From positions 64,001 through 93,866 of IMG/VR virus record IMGVR_UViG_3300028908_000001: 29,866 bases of DNA; one strand, written 5' to 3'. The translations under genes were made by a program, and so were the position numbers. This DNA comes from a virus (Duplodnaviria; Heunggongvirae; Uroviricota; Caudoviricetes). Each line of letters starts with the position of its first letter. Position 1 is the first letter of the stretch. Below, in pieces: positions 17,143-25,153 of the stretch. Below the pieces are notes generated by a model, which was not told the origin of the DNA, ran no database searches, and was given only the letters and a program-made list of their open reading frames with translations.

Positions 17143-18023
17143 GATATGTACCTCCGTTCCCACAACCCCGAGACATACTGGTGCGCGAACCCATGGGCGT
17201 CGTTGACGTAGCCCAGCAGCGCTTCGGGGCTACCGTCGCCACTGGTAACCCACGCTTGCAAGAAAGCCGCCGAGAACGCATCACCAGCACCGGAATATGC
17301 CCACGGCGGGCAATCAACAGCCACCACGGGGACACTATCGACAAGCTCGCCGTCTACATAGAGCGTGGTGGGCTGCCGACCATGCGTTACTACGACGGCT
17401 TTGGTCTTTCTCATCCAATCCTCGCCGATGGCCTCGCGCCACGACATGAATTCTTCCTCATTTAGCTTGATGATAGCCTGCGCGGCCCACTCGTCCAAGT
17501 CTGCTGGTGGTTCTCTGCTGCCATCCCACAACAATTTGGCATCCGGTGTCATTAAATAATCCCTTGCCCGTCTCCAAACATCGGCCATGCCATATCCATG
17601 ATCCACCATTAAGACACCATCATAGGGCGGGCTTAGATGCCGTGGGGAGAATGGAAGCTCGTGAAATGCTTCCAACACAACAGTAGGACTTGGCGTGTCG
17701 ATCCTGCACGGTTTCTTGCCTTGTATACGCATCCGCAAGGCCGGCACACCCGACACGGGCACAGGAACCGTATGAACCTGTGCATGAAACGCACACATCC
17801 GCTGTATCTTTGTGCGCCAAAAAGAGATACCACCGAGAGGAGCCAAGAGAGACACGCGGGCCTCTGGAATTATCTGCTTAAGACACCAAGCAGCGTTGCC
17901 AGCCCCGCCGAGGGCATAGCGCGGGCTATCACACTTATACGTTGGCATATCCTCGCGGGTTGTTAGCCGCGCGGCTTCCAGTAAAACGTCGAGGAAGAAA
18001 TCACCCATGACTAGATAGCGCAC
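17139..18023 (-). CDS. PfkB/ribokinase-family sugar kinase resembling the HldE/RfaE heptose-7-phosphate kinase domain
   Basis: LVMGDFFLD, ALGGAGNAA, VLMVDHGYG, KLNEEEF, VVVTHG and SGAGDAF follow the RfaE kinase layout. GTG start at 18023; overlaps gmhB by 4 nt. Confidence 0.8.
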   Translation of the reverse strand: MRYLVMGDFFLDVLLEAARLTTREDMPTYKCDSPRYALGGAGNAAWCLKQIIPEARVSLLAPLGGISFWRTKIQRMCAFHAQVHTVPVPVSGVPALRMRIQGKKPCRIDTPSPTVVLEAFHELPFSPRHLSPPYDGVLMVDHGYGMADVWRRARDYLMTPDAKLLWDGSREPPADLDEWAAQAIIKLNEEEFMSWREAIGEDWMRKTKAVVVTHGRQPTTLYVDGELVDSVPVVAVDCPPWAYSGAGDAFSAAFLQAWVTSGDGSPEALLGYVNDAHGFAHQYVSGLWERRYIS

Positions 18024-18025
18024 GC

Positions 18026-18409
18026 CTACTCCCCCTCTGTGAGAAAGCCCGCTAAGGGATACGTCAGCCAACCAATAACCTGCAGCCAGAAATATATCTT
18101 ACCTATGAGATGGTCGGCCACGCCCGCCCACGCAAGCCAACCCCTGCCCCACACAAACCAGACGGCGGCACCTATCAACCCGAAAGCTGCCAATACGAGC
18201 ACGTACTCTGCCCAGATGCCCACACGCTGCCCCAACGGCGTCCGCAGCCACGCCTTGCCTTGTGCCGCTGTGGTAAAGACGCTGTTGACAAGGCTCGCCA
18301 CCAGCACAACGAGCGCAAACCGCGCGGCAGCTTCGTGGCCAACAAATATGTATGTCAACAGCCCCCAGAACAAGACGGCGAATATGGCCCTCACATATAT
18401 GCGCATCAT
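18026..18409 (-). CDS. Multi-pass membrane protein, holin candidate
   Basis: Three to four hydrophobic segments in 127 aa; lies two genes upstream of the endolysin. Confidence 0.55.
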   Translation of the reverse strand: MMRIYVRAIFAVLFWGLLTYIFVGHEAAARFALVVLVASLVNSVFTTAAQGKAWLRTPLGQRVGIWAEYVLVLAAFGLIGAAVWFVWGRGWLAWAGVADHLIGKIYFWLQVIGWLTYPLAGFLTEGE

Positions 18410-18846
18410 CCCAGCCTCCTTATCTTGATCCTCACCCCCGGCGGCTCACCGTACCACTTCTCGCACGAACTGGCCACCACTTGACTATCGTCCGCCCAAA
18501 TGATACCTGTAAGCGCATCGGCACATGCCTTGTACAGGTTGTCGGCGTCAGGCCGCTTCGTATGGACAATTGGCAGGTCCTCGGGCTTCATCTTCTTGGT
18601 TGGTGGGAAGTAGAACTGTAAGTCGAGTCTCAGGGGTTCTGTGGGGAATAATGGCCGCCCCGCGCCAACGACTGCAAGTGCGTACTGCGCTATCTTCTGC
18701 TTCCATGCTTCGACACGCGCATCACGTATGTGACGTGCTTTTATGCCATTGGCTGTGCGCACGAGTATCTTTTGTCTGCGTTCCGGCACGGGGCGGCCAG
18801 GAACGAAGAACTCAATTACCTTGGTATCTTCTGAAGCAGGTCGCAT
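18406..18846 (-). CDS. rusA: RusA-family Holliday junction resolvase
   Basis: FFVPGRPVP, TKRPDADNLYKACADAL.GIIWADDSQV and EKWYG motifs. Confidence 0.92.
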   Translation of the reverse strand: MRPASEDTKVIEFFVPGRPVPERRQKILVRTANGIKARHIRDARVEAWKQKIAQYALAVVGAGRPLFPTEPLRLDLQFYFPPTKKMKPEDLPIVHTKRPDADNLYKACADALTGIIWADDSQVVASSCEKWYGEPPGVRIKIRRLG

Positions 18847-19145
18847 ATCGCATAGTACTCCGGATTGAGCAAGAAGCGAACTGCACTCCAGCCGAAAACG
18901 GCTGCAACGAAGAGAAAGATACTTCCGACAGTCAGCAGCGGGCCTGCCGCGTCTACTTCGTCTGCACGCAATTGCTTTAGCCCACACCACAACAAGCCTA
19001 TCGCCAATATCACTGCAAGCCCCGCCCACGCAGCAAAACATACGCCGGAGATATGTTGCTGCCTTAGGAACGCAGTCCACACTGCGGGGGCCACTTCTTG
19101 CAACTTGCGAAGTATCTCGGCTGCGGCACCATCAAGCTGCGGCAT
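18816..19145 (-). CDS. Small two-TM membrane protein
   Basis: GAGGTGAGG RBS before MPQLDG; two hydrophobic helices; C-terminal NPEYYAI. Confidence 0.72.
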   Translation of the reverse strand: MPQLDGAAAEILRKLQEVAPAVWTAFLRQQHISGVCFAAWAGLAVILAIGLLWCGLKQLRADEVDAAGPLLTVGSIFLFVAAVFGWSAVRFLLNPEYYAICDLLQKIPR

Positions 19146-19155
19146 CTCCCTCACC

Positions 19156-19722
19156 TCATGTTTGCAGTATACCCCACTCGGCGGCCTCTTCTTCAAAGAT
19201 GTACTTGCCCGCATCGTTTTCTAATAGCCGCTGCCAGAACTTGGCCGACTTTTTTGTCCTGTCGGCATACCAGTGCGCCAAGCGGGCCGTCACATTCTCC
19301 AAGAACTCTGTGTACACCTTCTGTTCGCCGTGCTTCATATAACCAATCCACGCCCCGACAGAATGTACGAAGAAATAGGCCCCGTCGGCCATCGTGCGGA
19401 TATCGCCCGCCAAATAGATTTCAACGGCCGCGCTCGACACCTGCCCGCAGTTGTGACAGCGAATGATTTTGCCCTTGGTGCGGGTTCGCATTAATGCATC
19501 GCGTATATGCTTGGCATAGGTCAGGTAGCCGCCGCCGCTATTAATCCACAACCGCACTTCACTCACATTTCGGTCGCGGGCTAACCGCTCTATGGCCAGC
19601 ACTATCATTGAAACGTGATCACGGTTGGTTAAGTCGCCGATATAAATGTCACCATGCTTTGCCGCCTCATCCCATGCCTTCCAAAGCTCAGCCGGAGTGT
19701 CTGGTTCCATTCTGAACATCAT
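19156..19722 (-). CDS. clpP: ClpP-like serine protease (S14)
   Basis: LWINSGGG, GQVSSAA (catalytic Ser position), FFVHS (His) and EEAAEWGI motifs; GGAGG RBS. Confidence 0.85.
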   Translation of the reverse strand: MMFRMEPDTPAELWKAWDEAAKHGDIYIGDLTNRDHVSMIVLAIERLARDRNVSEVRLWINSGGGYLTYAKHIRDALMRTRTKGKIIRCHNCGQVSSAAVEIYLAGDIRTMADGAYFFVHSVGAWIGYMKHGEQKVYTEFLENVTARLAHWYADRTKKSAKFWQRLLENDAGKYIFEEEAAEWGILQT

Positions 19723-19912
19723 CAGTCCTCCATCCACAGTTTGTGCAGTAGCCGCCCGGCTCTATCAAGATGCCGCCGCCCCGCTCCAAATCGAAACACT
19801 TCGGACAAGCCCAAAACTGAACAGCATCCTTCACTGGCTTGCCACGCCTGCCACACAATTGTACCAGTAGGCCCCACGGCGTTTCCTTTATAACCACAAA
19901 GCGCTGCATCAA
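19688..19912 (-). CDS. Small zinc-ribbon protein
   Basis: CPKC...CTNCGW; 4-nt overlap with ssb. Confidence 0.65.
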   Translation of the reverse strand: MMQRFVVIKETPWGLLVQLCGRRGKPVKDAVQFWACPKCFDLERGGGILIEPGGYCTNCGWRTDDVQNGTRHSG

Positions 19913-20298
19913 AAGATGTCCCCAAGATCGACATCGCCAGCAGAATCCGAAGTCCCTGCAGTGTCGGTGCTTCCCGTGTCACCAAGTGACACGATTTGCT
20001 GCACCGTAACAACAGGCCGGTAATATTCGCCGACCTTCTCGCTGTCGTAGCGACCCACGACCACAACTTCTGCGCCGTTGGACTGTTCGATGATGCCGCA
20101 AATATCCCCAAACGCGCGGCACCTAACGAATACCTTACTCTCCCTCTGACTACCGTCGCGGCCCTTATACGTCCGCTTGTGCACGAGAGTGAAATGAATA
20201 GACGGCTGCCCCTGGTCATTGAAGACCGGTTCCAGCTTGCCGTCCCTGCCCATCGGCTCTACCGTCCCCGACAGAATTACAGTGTTAATCGCCATCAT
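19909..20298 (-). CDS. ssb: Single-stranded DNA-binding protein
   Basis: INTVILSG, FVRCRAFG, VVVVGR and an acidic tail ending DLGDIF; AAGGAGG RBS. Confidence 0.85.
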   Translation of the reverse strand: MMAINTVILSGTVEPMGRDGKLEPVFNDQGQPSIHFTLVHKRTYKGRDGSQRESKVFVRCRAFGDICGIIEQSNGAEVVVVGRYDSEKVGEYYRPVVTVQQIVSLGDTGSTDTAGTSDSAGDVDLGDIF

Positions 20299-21055
20299 GC
20301 TCCTCCTTCTTTGGAAGCCCCAGTTCTCGTCTGAGGTCTTCTATCATTTTGCCCGCTTCCTCGCGGGCTATGACGCGAACCCAGTTCTGCAGGGCCGCTT
20401 GTGCGGCTGTTATATACGGTGGCACCACAGTCCTTGCCAAGTTGCGGGCCTTCGCCACTGCTCGCTTGTAATAGGCCGCGGGCTTATCTGGCCGCGCGCT
20501 AACATAATAGTACCCATCTTCGCTGCGCCATAAACCATAACCTTCTCGTTGCAGACGCTCCATAGAAGATTGTAGCCACGTTTCCGAGAACGTATCTGCC
20601 GCGTCGGGAGCTGCCTTGCGCAAGTCTGCTATTATCTCGTCTGCAGTAGCCCGCCCGCGGGCCTTCACTACTATCATCAGCCGCGCCAAGTTCAAATCCG
20701 GCCCCATGTATTCAGTACGGAACTCCCCAACTTCCAAGCTCTCGGCAAGGGCCTCTAACCACTTCGCCGCCGCGGGCACCTCATAGAAGGTATACTCCCC
20801 CGTCAGCCGCACCCGGCTGGGCACCTGCAGTAGCACATCTTGCATCGGTACGAATGCTGTCGGTATCTCATAGCGTTTGCCCCACCACGAGTTGTTTTGC
20901 CCCTCTATCTCCGGCACAAACAAGCAAACGTCTGTAGCGACAATGGTGTTACCGACTTGTTCTTCCAGTACGGCACCATATAGTTGCCCGGGCTGCACCT
21001 GAACAGCCACTTCGGTACAGCCCCAAGCCTGAAGCACGCTCAAGCGCGGGTCCAC
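20285..21055 (-). CDS. Hypothetical protein with probable C-terminal winged helix-turn-helix
   Basis: ATADEIIADL..SETWLQSSMERLQREGY..SEDGYY resembles a wHTH. Confidence 0.55.
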   Translation of the reverse strand: MDPRLSVLQAWGCTEVAVQVQPGQLYGAVLEEQVGNTIVATDVCLFVPEIEGQNNSWWGKRYEIPTAFVPMQDVLLQVPSRVRLTGEYTFYEVPAAAKWLEALAESLEVGEFRTEYMGPDLNLARLMIVVKARGRATADEIIADLRKAAPDAADTFSETWLQSSMERLQREGYGLWRSEDGYYYVSARPDKPAAYYKRAVAKARNLARTVVPPYITAAQAALQNWVRVIAREEAGKMIEDLRRELGLPKKEEHDGD

Positions 21056-21270
21056 GGTATCACCGTCCTGCCTTGAGCATCGCGGCCATCCGCCACATGA
21101 TCTTCCAACGATTCCAGCAACTCGCGAACGTACTTTGTTTGCTCAGATGAAAGCTGTTTCATGCTGGTGAGGCCGAAATGCCAATAGATAATGTCGTGGA
21201 GATATTCGTCGGCCGCCGGGCCAGCAAGCTGCCGCGCTATGCCATATATCATACGCAGCGACTCAGGCAC
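21040..21270 (-). CDS. Small helical protein, possibly Mu GemA/gp16-like
   Basis: IYGIARQL..EYLHDII..FGLTSMKQLS..Q pattern; weak resemblance only. Confidence 0.45.
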   Translation of the reverse strand: MPESLRMIYGIARQLAGPAADEYLHDIIYWHFGLTSMKQLSSEQTKYVRELLESLEDHVADGRDAQGRTVIPWTRA

Positions 21271-22036
21271 GGCCTATCTCCTCCTCTTCAATCCGCCGCA
21301 TGACAGTCCAATCGCCGCATATTGTGTCGTACTCGCAGCGCACTTTGCCAGTCGAAAAGCTCTTATCAGGCGGCTTGCCCGCCGGGCATTCAACAACTGG
21401 GGGTGCTACTTTGGCGGCCGCGCAATCTTGTATCTGCTTGATGCGATGAAGAATGCGCTGCCAGGTCTCTTCGTCCCATGCCACCCGCACTTCGCCCACG
21501 AAGTTCTCGTCGCCGCGGCGAATAACATGTATGATAGCTTCGTCGGTCCAGTAACCATTGGCGCGGGCCAAATGCAAGTAACAATGAGTCTGTTCGCGCC
21601 ACTTGAGCCAGTAGTAGCCCAAGTCCTTGGCCCACGGGCTGATGCTCTTACACTCAAGTACAATCCAATGACCATTGTAAAGCACGAGGGCATCGATGTT
21701 GCCGCGAATGCCGAGGCCGCAGGGGTCTTCCAAGCGCAACTCGGTGTACACTTCTTGGAAGACGCCTTGTTCCTTCGCTAAGGATAGCAGCCGCGCGTAG
21801 CGGTCGTGGACATCAGTACCTGCTTCGCCGTAGCGGTTCTCGTCGAAAGTCAACGGCCGCGCGGGCAGACCGAGTAGCTTGAATACCTGCTTGCGCGGGC
21901 AATCTGTAACACCCGAAGGGCTGAGCCAGCCCGGTGTCCGCCGCGGCTTGTACTCAACAGATAGCAGCTTGCCCAAGACCTCTGCTTCGGCGGCTGGCCG
22001 AAAGTCCATATCTTCAGGTATCGTTATCTTCCGCAT
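21263..22036 (-). CDS. Cas4-like PD-(D/E)XK exonuclease
   Basis: SPS..DCPRK, GTDVH, IRGNIDAL..VLECKS, QxxxY and C-terminal C..CEYDTIC motifs. Confidence 0.85.
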   Translation of the reverse strand: MRKITIPEDMDFRPAAEAEVLGKLLSVEYKPRRTPGWLSPSGVTDCPRKQVFKLLGLPARPLTFDENRYGEAGTDVHDRYARLLSLAKEQGVFQEVYTELRLEDPCGLGIRGNIDALVLYNGHWIVLECKSISPWAKDLGYYWLKWREQTHCYLHLARANGYWTDEAIIHVIRRGDENFVGEVRVAWDEETWQRILHRIKQIQDCAAAKVAPPVVECPAGKPPDKSFSTGKVRCEYDTICGDWTVMRRIEEEEIGRA

Positions 22037-22247
22037 CGGCGATCTCCAAGCACAGTTTTTGCCCCGCTGCAGACCACGACATTCCGGCGAAGCGATAGCG
22101 CATAGTGTGGCCACATCTCACACAACGCAACAGACATCCGAAATTGTCCAGCAGAACCGATGGCGATATTCCGTCAGCCTTAGGTAAACGACCGCCGCGG
22201 GCTGTCAATTGCAACACCATTGATCTACCACACTCAGGACATTTCAT
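22014..22247 (-). CDS. Small zinc-finger protein (MKCPECG...CVRCG)
   Basis: Two CxxC pairs; start inferred at 22247. Confidence 0.65.
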   Translation of the reverse strand: MKCPECGRSMVLQLTARGGRLPKADGISPSVLLDNFGCLLRCVRCGHTMRYRFAGMSWSAAGQKLCLEIADAEDNDT

Positions 22248-22587
22248 CTTCGTTGACGGCCGCCGCGCCTGCCGCGCGGCCTTTCTCCACGTCGGCCTGA
22301 TACACGGGCCACAAGGCCGTGTTCTTCGCAGCCAACATCGCACCCGCCACTTGCTTCAGCCGCTGGCGTAAAGTGTGCTTCGACAGCCGCGGGTCCACAG
22401 CGACAACGTAGAGCGGATAGCTCTGCAGTGCTTTCCAGAAGTCGCACCCGTGGCGGCGGCTAATAATCTCCGCCGCCATAGCGAGGTGCCGCACGATTTT
22501 CTGGTCCTTTACGAAACCAGTCTCCTCGGCGGCCACCATGTTCTTCAAGTCATCCCATATCTTCTGCTTGCTCTTGCTCGTCGGCAC
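22234..22587 (-). CDS. Hypothetical protein
   Basis: Co-oriented, overlaps both neighbours, GGAGG upstream. Confidence 0.65.
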   Translation of the reverse strand: MPTSKSKQKIWDDLKNMVAAEETGFVKDQKIVRHLAMAAEIISRRHGCDFWKALQSYPLYVVAVDPRLSKHTLRQRLKQVAGAMLAAKNTALWPVYQADVEKGRAAGAAAVNEDEMS

Positions 22588-22897
22588 TTGCCAAACCCTC
22601 CACCAAGCGCCAAAGGTCTGTGACCCTAGCGGCTATCCACGGCGTTGCCACTTCGTCATCCCAGTTAACCAGCAGATAGAAGGGTAACTGTCCCCTCTTG
22701 TCGCACGCCTGCACAAACTCTTCGACATCGGACTCAATTCGCCGTATGTCGCCTACCCGCATCACCAAATTGCCAGAACGGAAGGCTTGCATGGGCAGTA
22801 AATGACCGGGCTCAATCTCAATAAACGACCACGGCGGTGACTTCTCGTCAAATACGAACTCACGTCGCCCTATCTTCACACTATATGTCTCCGGCAT
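22550..22897 (-). CDS. Hypothetical protein
   Basis: Co-oriented, overlaps both neighbours; no confident family. Confidence 0.65.
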   Translation of the reverse strand: MPETYSVKIGRREFVFDEKSPPWSFIEIEPGHLLPMQAFRSGNLVMRVGDIRRIESDVEEFVQACDKRGQLPFYLLVNWDDEVATPWIAARVTDLWRLVEGLASADEQEQAEDMG

Positions 22898-23201
22898 CGT
22901 TCAAGTCCTCCATGAGCCGCGGCAGGTGCCGCGGGTCTATACACAGCAGGTCCCAATGAAAGCCGGGGCCATCAAATGTCAACCACAACATTGGCAACCG
23001 CCCCGACATGCGGGCTTCCGCCATTATCTTCTCCCACCACTTGCGCTTGATGCTTATGCTAGCCTTCGTCGTCTGCTTGTGTTCTATTAGCCACCGCTTC
23101 CAGTAATAATCACCCTTGTGGAAGCCCGCGCCGCTGATGGGCTGCGCGGTCAGCTCCAAGGGGCCAAGCTTTACTTTCTTACCAGCCCGCGGGTGTCTCA
23201 T
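22881..23201 (-). CDS. Hjc-like PD-(D/E)XK Holliday junction resolvase
   Basis: SGAG..KGD..LIEHK.T.K.SISIK..W..KI..EA..GRLP motif; immediately downstream of recA. Confidence 0.75.
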   Translation of the reverse strand: MRHPRAGKKVKLGPLELTAQPISGAGFHKGDYYWKRWLIEHKQTTKASISIKRKWWEKIMAEARMSGRLPMLWLTFDGPGFHWDLLCIDPRHLPRLMEDLNDAGDI

Positions 23202-24193
23202 TTGACCTCAGCCCAATCAGGCAACTCGGCAGTTCGCAGAAAATGCACGATGTCATCGTAGTACTTATATATGAGCATAGCCGCCGCGTCGGCCCCCTGC
23301 ACCTTCTTGCCCCAGAGATTGTACCAAGAGCCGCTTTGCTTTAACTGCCCTGCTTCAAGCAGGCCCTCTCGGATCAGTAGCGCATCGGTAATAAACGGTG
23401 CTTTGATGGATTGCGATGGCTCTTCGGGATCGGGCACATCATCGAAATAGATAGTGTAAGCCCCGCGGCGGCCCATAGGGGCGTACTTGCACCTCTCGGC
23501 TATCCACAGCACGTTCTTCCCCACTGGCGTGCCGCGGCCGCCATACTGCTTGTGCTTCGTATCCTCGACCATCGGTGCCCTATCGGGGCGCAAGAAAAGC
23601 ATTAGTGACGACTGAAACTTCTGGCCGCGGCCTTGGGCCAACTCGTAAGTGCCAGTCTGCGGGCTGATGTACGCCTGCTGGATAATGACCAAAGCCTGCT
23701 GGGGCTGCAACTTGGCGGTCATATAGCGAACAAACCAATTCATTGCCTTCGCACCAAGGGCATACGACGTAGAGTCCGTAGCCTTCTTGTCAATATCGTG
23801 CTGGCTCAAGAGGGCCGCGCCGCCGTCCAGCACGATAAGGTCCGCGCCAGCGTCCACCCCCGCCTTGGCTATCTCAGCCGCATTCTCAATGGTCTCGGGT
23901 CGGGCCGCTACTACAAAATTCTTCTCATTAACACCCCAAGCCCGCACCCAATCGGCCGTTAATCTGTTCTCACAATCTATCCATAATGTAGATATGTCGT
24001 TCTTGGCGGCCACGTGCAACATAAGAGCCGTCTTGCCGACGTCCTGTGGCCCGTAGATCACCGTTATCCGCCCACGTGGGATGCCCTTATAGTAATAGTC
24101 GAGTGTGTATAGCCCAAACGGAATGAAGTCTATATCGGGCAGATCGCTTAGCGGCCTAACTATTCCCTTCTTCAGAAGGTCCTGCAGCGTCAT
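23198..24193 (-). CDS. recA: Phage RecA/UvsX-like recombinase
   Basis: GIPRGRITVIYGPQDVGKT (Walker A), WIDCE, LIVLDG.AAL and QSGSWY motifs. Confidence 0.9.
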   Translation of the reverse strand: MTLQDLLKKGIVRPLSDLPDIDFIPFGLYTLDYYYKGIPRGRITVIYGPQDVGKTALMLHVAAKNDISTLWIDCENRLTADWVRAWGVNEKNFVVAARPETIENAAEIAKAGVDAGADLIVLDGGAALLSQHDIDKKATDSTSYALGAKAMNWFVRYMTAKLQPQQALVIIQQAYISPQTGTYELAQGRGQKFQSSLMLFLRPDRAPMVEDTKHKQYGGRGTPVGKNVLWIAERCKYAPMGRRGAYTIYFDDVPDPEEPSQSIKAPFITDALLIREGLLEAGQLKQSGSWYNLWGKKVQGADAAAMLIYKYYDDIVHFLRTAELPDWAEVK

Positions 24194-25100
24194 CCTTGGC
24201 CTCCTTCTTGTCTTGCCAACGCTTCCATGCTTCCTCTGCTAGTTCGCGTAGGCCAGCCATGTCCTTGCCTTCTACCCTGTCAGGGTGCTCGACCACGAAG
24301 TGTTGATAGAAAGCTTGGACAAATGCTTCATCGTTGTTGGATACTTGCCGCGCGGCGTACTTGGCCGCCGACTGACGCACAGCCTGCTCCAGCGCTGCAT
24401 CAGCCAGCTTCGCGGCCTGTTCGAGCTTGCCTTGCTCTTGCAAACTCTTTATGTACGCTTCCACGAAATCGTTGTCACCCGTAGCGTTAAGCGCCACCGT
24501 CACAACGCGCATCATCTGCTCATTGGCGTCTACGGTGCCTTCGGTCTTCTCCTGGCCTTTTGTCGCCGCTTGAGCCTCGACGGGCTGGCGGCGCATAGCC
24601 TCGACCATTTCTTCGTAGGTAGCCCCAAGGTCTAGCCCAGCAGCCCGTAGCGCACGACCAATAGCCGATGTGCAAGCGACCTCAATTGGGTTGGTCTCTT
24701 CAGCAGTAAGCCGCCGCTGGCGCATAAGCGCCTTCTTCTCGGCCTCGGTGAGGACGATGCTTGAAGCCCAGCCAACAAAGGGACCGCCAACTAGATCAGA
24801 ATTGACCACTGCCTTCGCTACAACGTACCGGCTATCGATCTCCTCAACACCCGTCCGGACTATATCGACGTCCACTGAGTTTTTGACGGCCCGCCCCAGC
24901 TCGCGGGCTGCTACGCCGTGGGCGTCACGCCACATGTTGATAAGACCAACAACTTGCATGTACGGCTTGCCACCCAAATCGACCGCATACTCCTTGTAGT
25001 CGGCCAAGCGCACCTTGACCGGCCCCACCATAACCACCCGCTGCCAACCACCACCAAGGCCAGCCACGGTCAGTTGAGCATCTTTCGGGGACCATTCCAT
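24156..25100 (-). CDS. Putative Rad52/Sak-like single-strand annealing protein with long helical C-terminus
   Basis: KPYMQV..., ETNPIEVACTSAIGRALRAAG motif; AAGGAGG RBS; next to recA. Confidence 0.55.
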   Translation of the reverse strand: MEWSPKDAQLTVAGLGGGWQRVVMVGPVKVRLADYKEYAVDLGGKPYMQVVGLINMWRDAHGVAARELGRAVKNSVDVDIVRTGVEEIDSRYVVAKAVVNSDLVGGPFVGWASSIVLTEAEKKALMRQRRLTAEETNPIEVACTSAIGRALRAAGLDLGATYEEMVEAMRRQPVEAQAATKGQEKTEGTVDANEQMMRVVTVALNATGDNDFVEAYIKSLQEQGKLEQAAKLADAALEQAVRQSAAKYAARQVSNNDEAFVQAFYQHFVVEHPDRVEGKDMAGLRELAEEAWKRWQDKKEAKDDAAGPSEEGNS

Positions 25101-25153
25101 AGCTTGTTCCTCCTTGTGCTAAACAAGTATTCCCAATATCGCAGGCGTTTAAA

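Noticed and set aside
25101-25153. Possible sigma70 promoter (TTTAAA...AATACT) upstream of the annealase gene
   Set aside because: Both boxes match the consensus poorly; AT-richness alone is insufficient.
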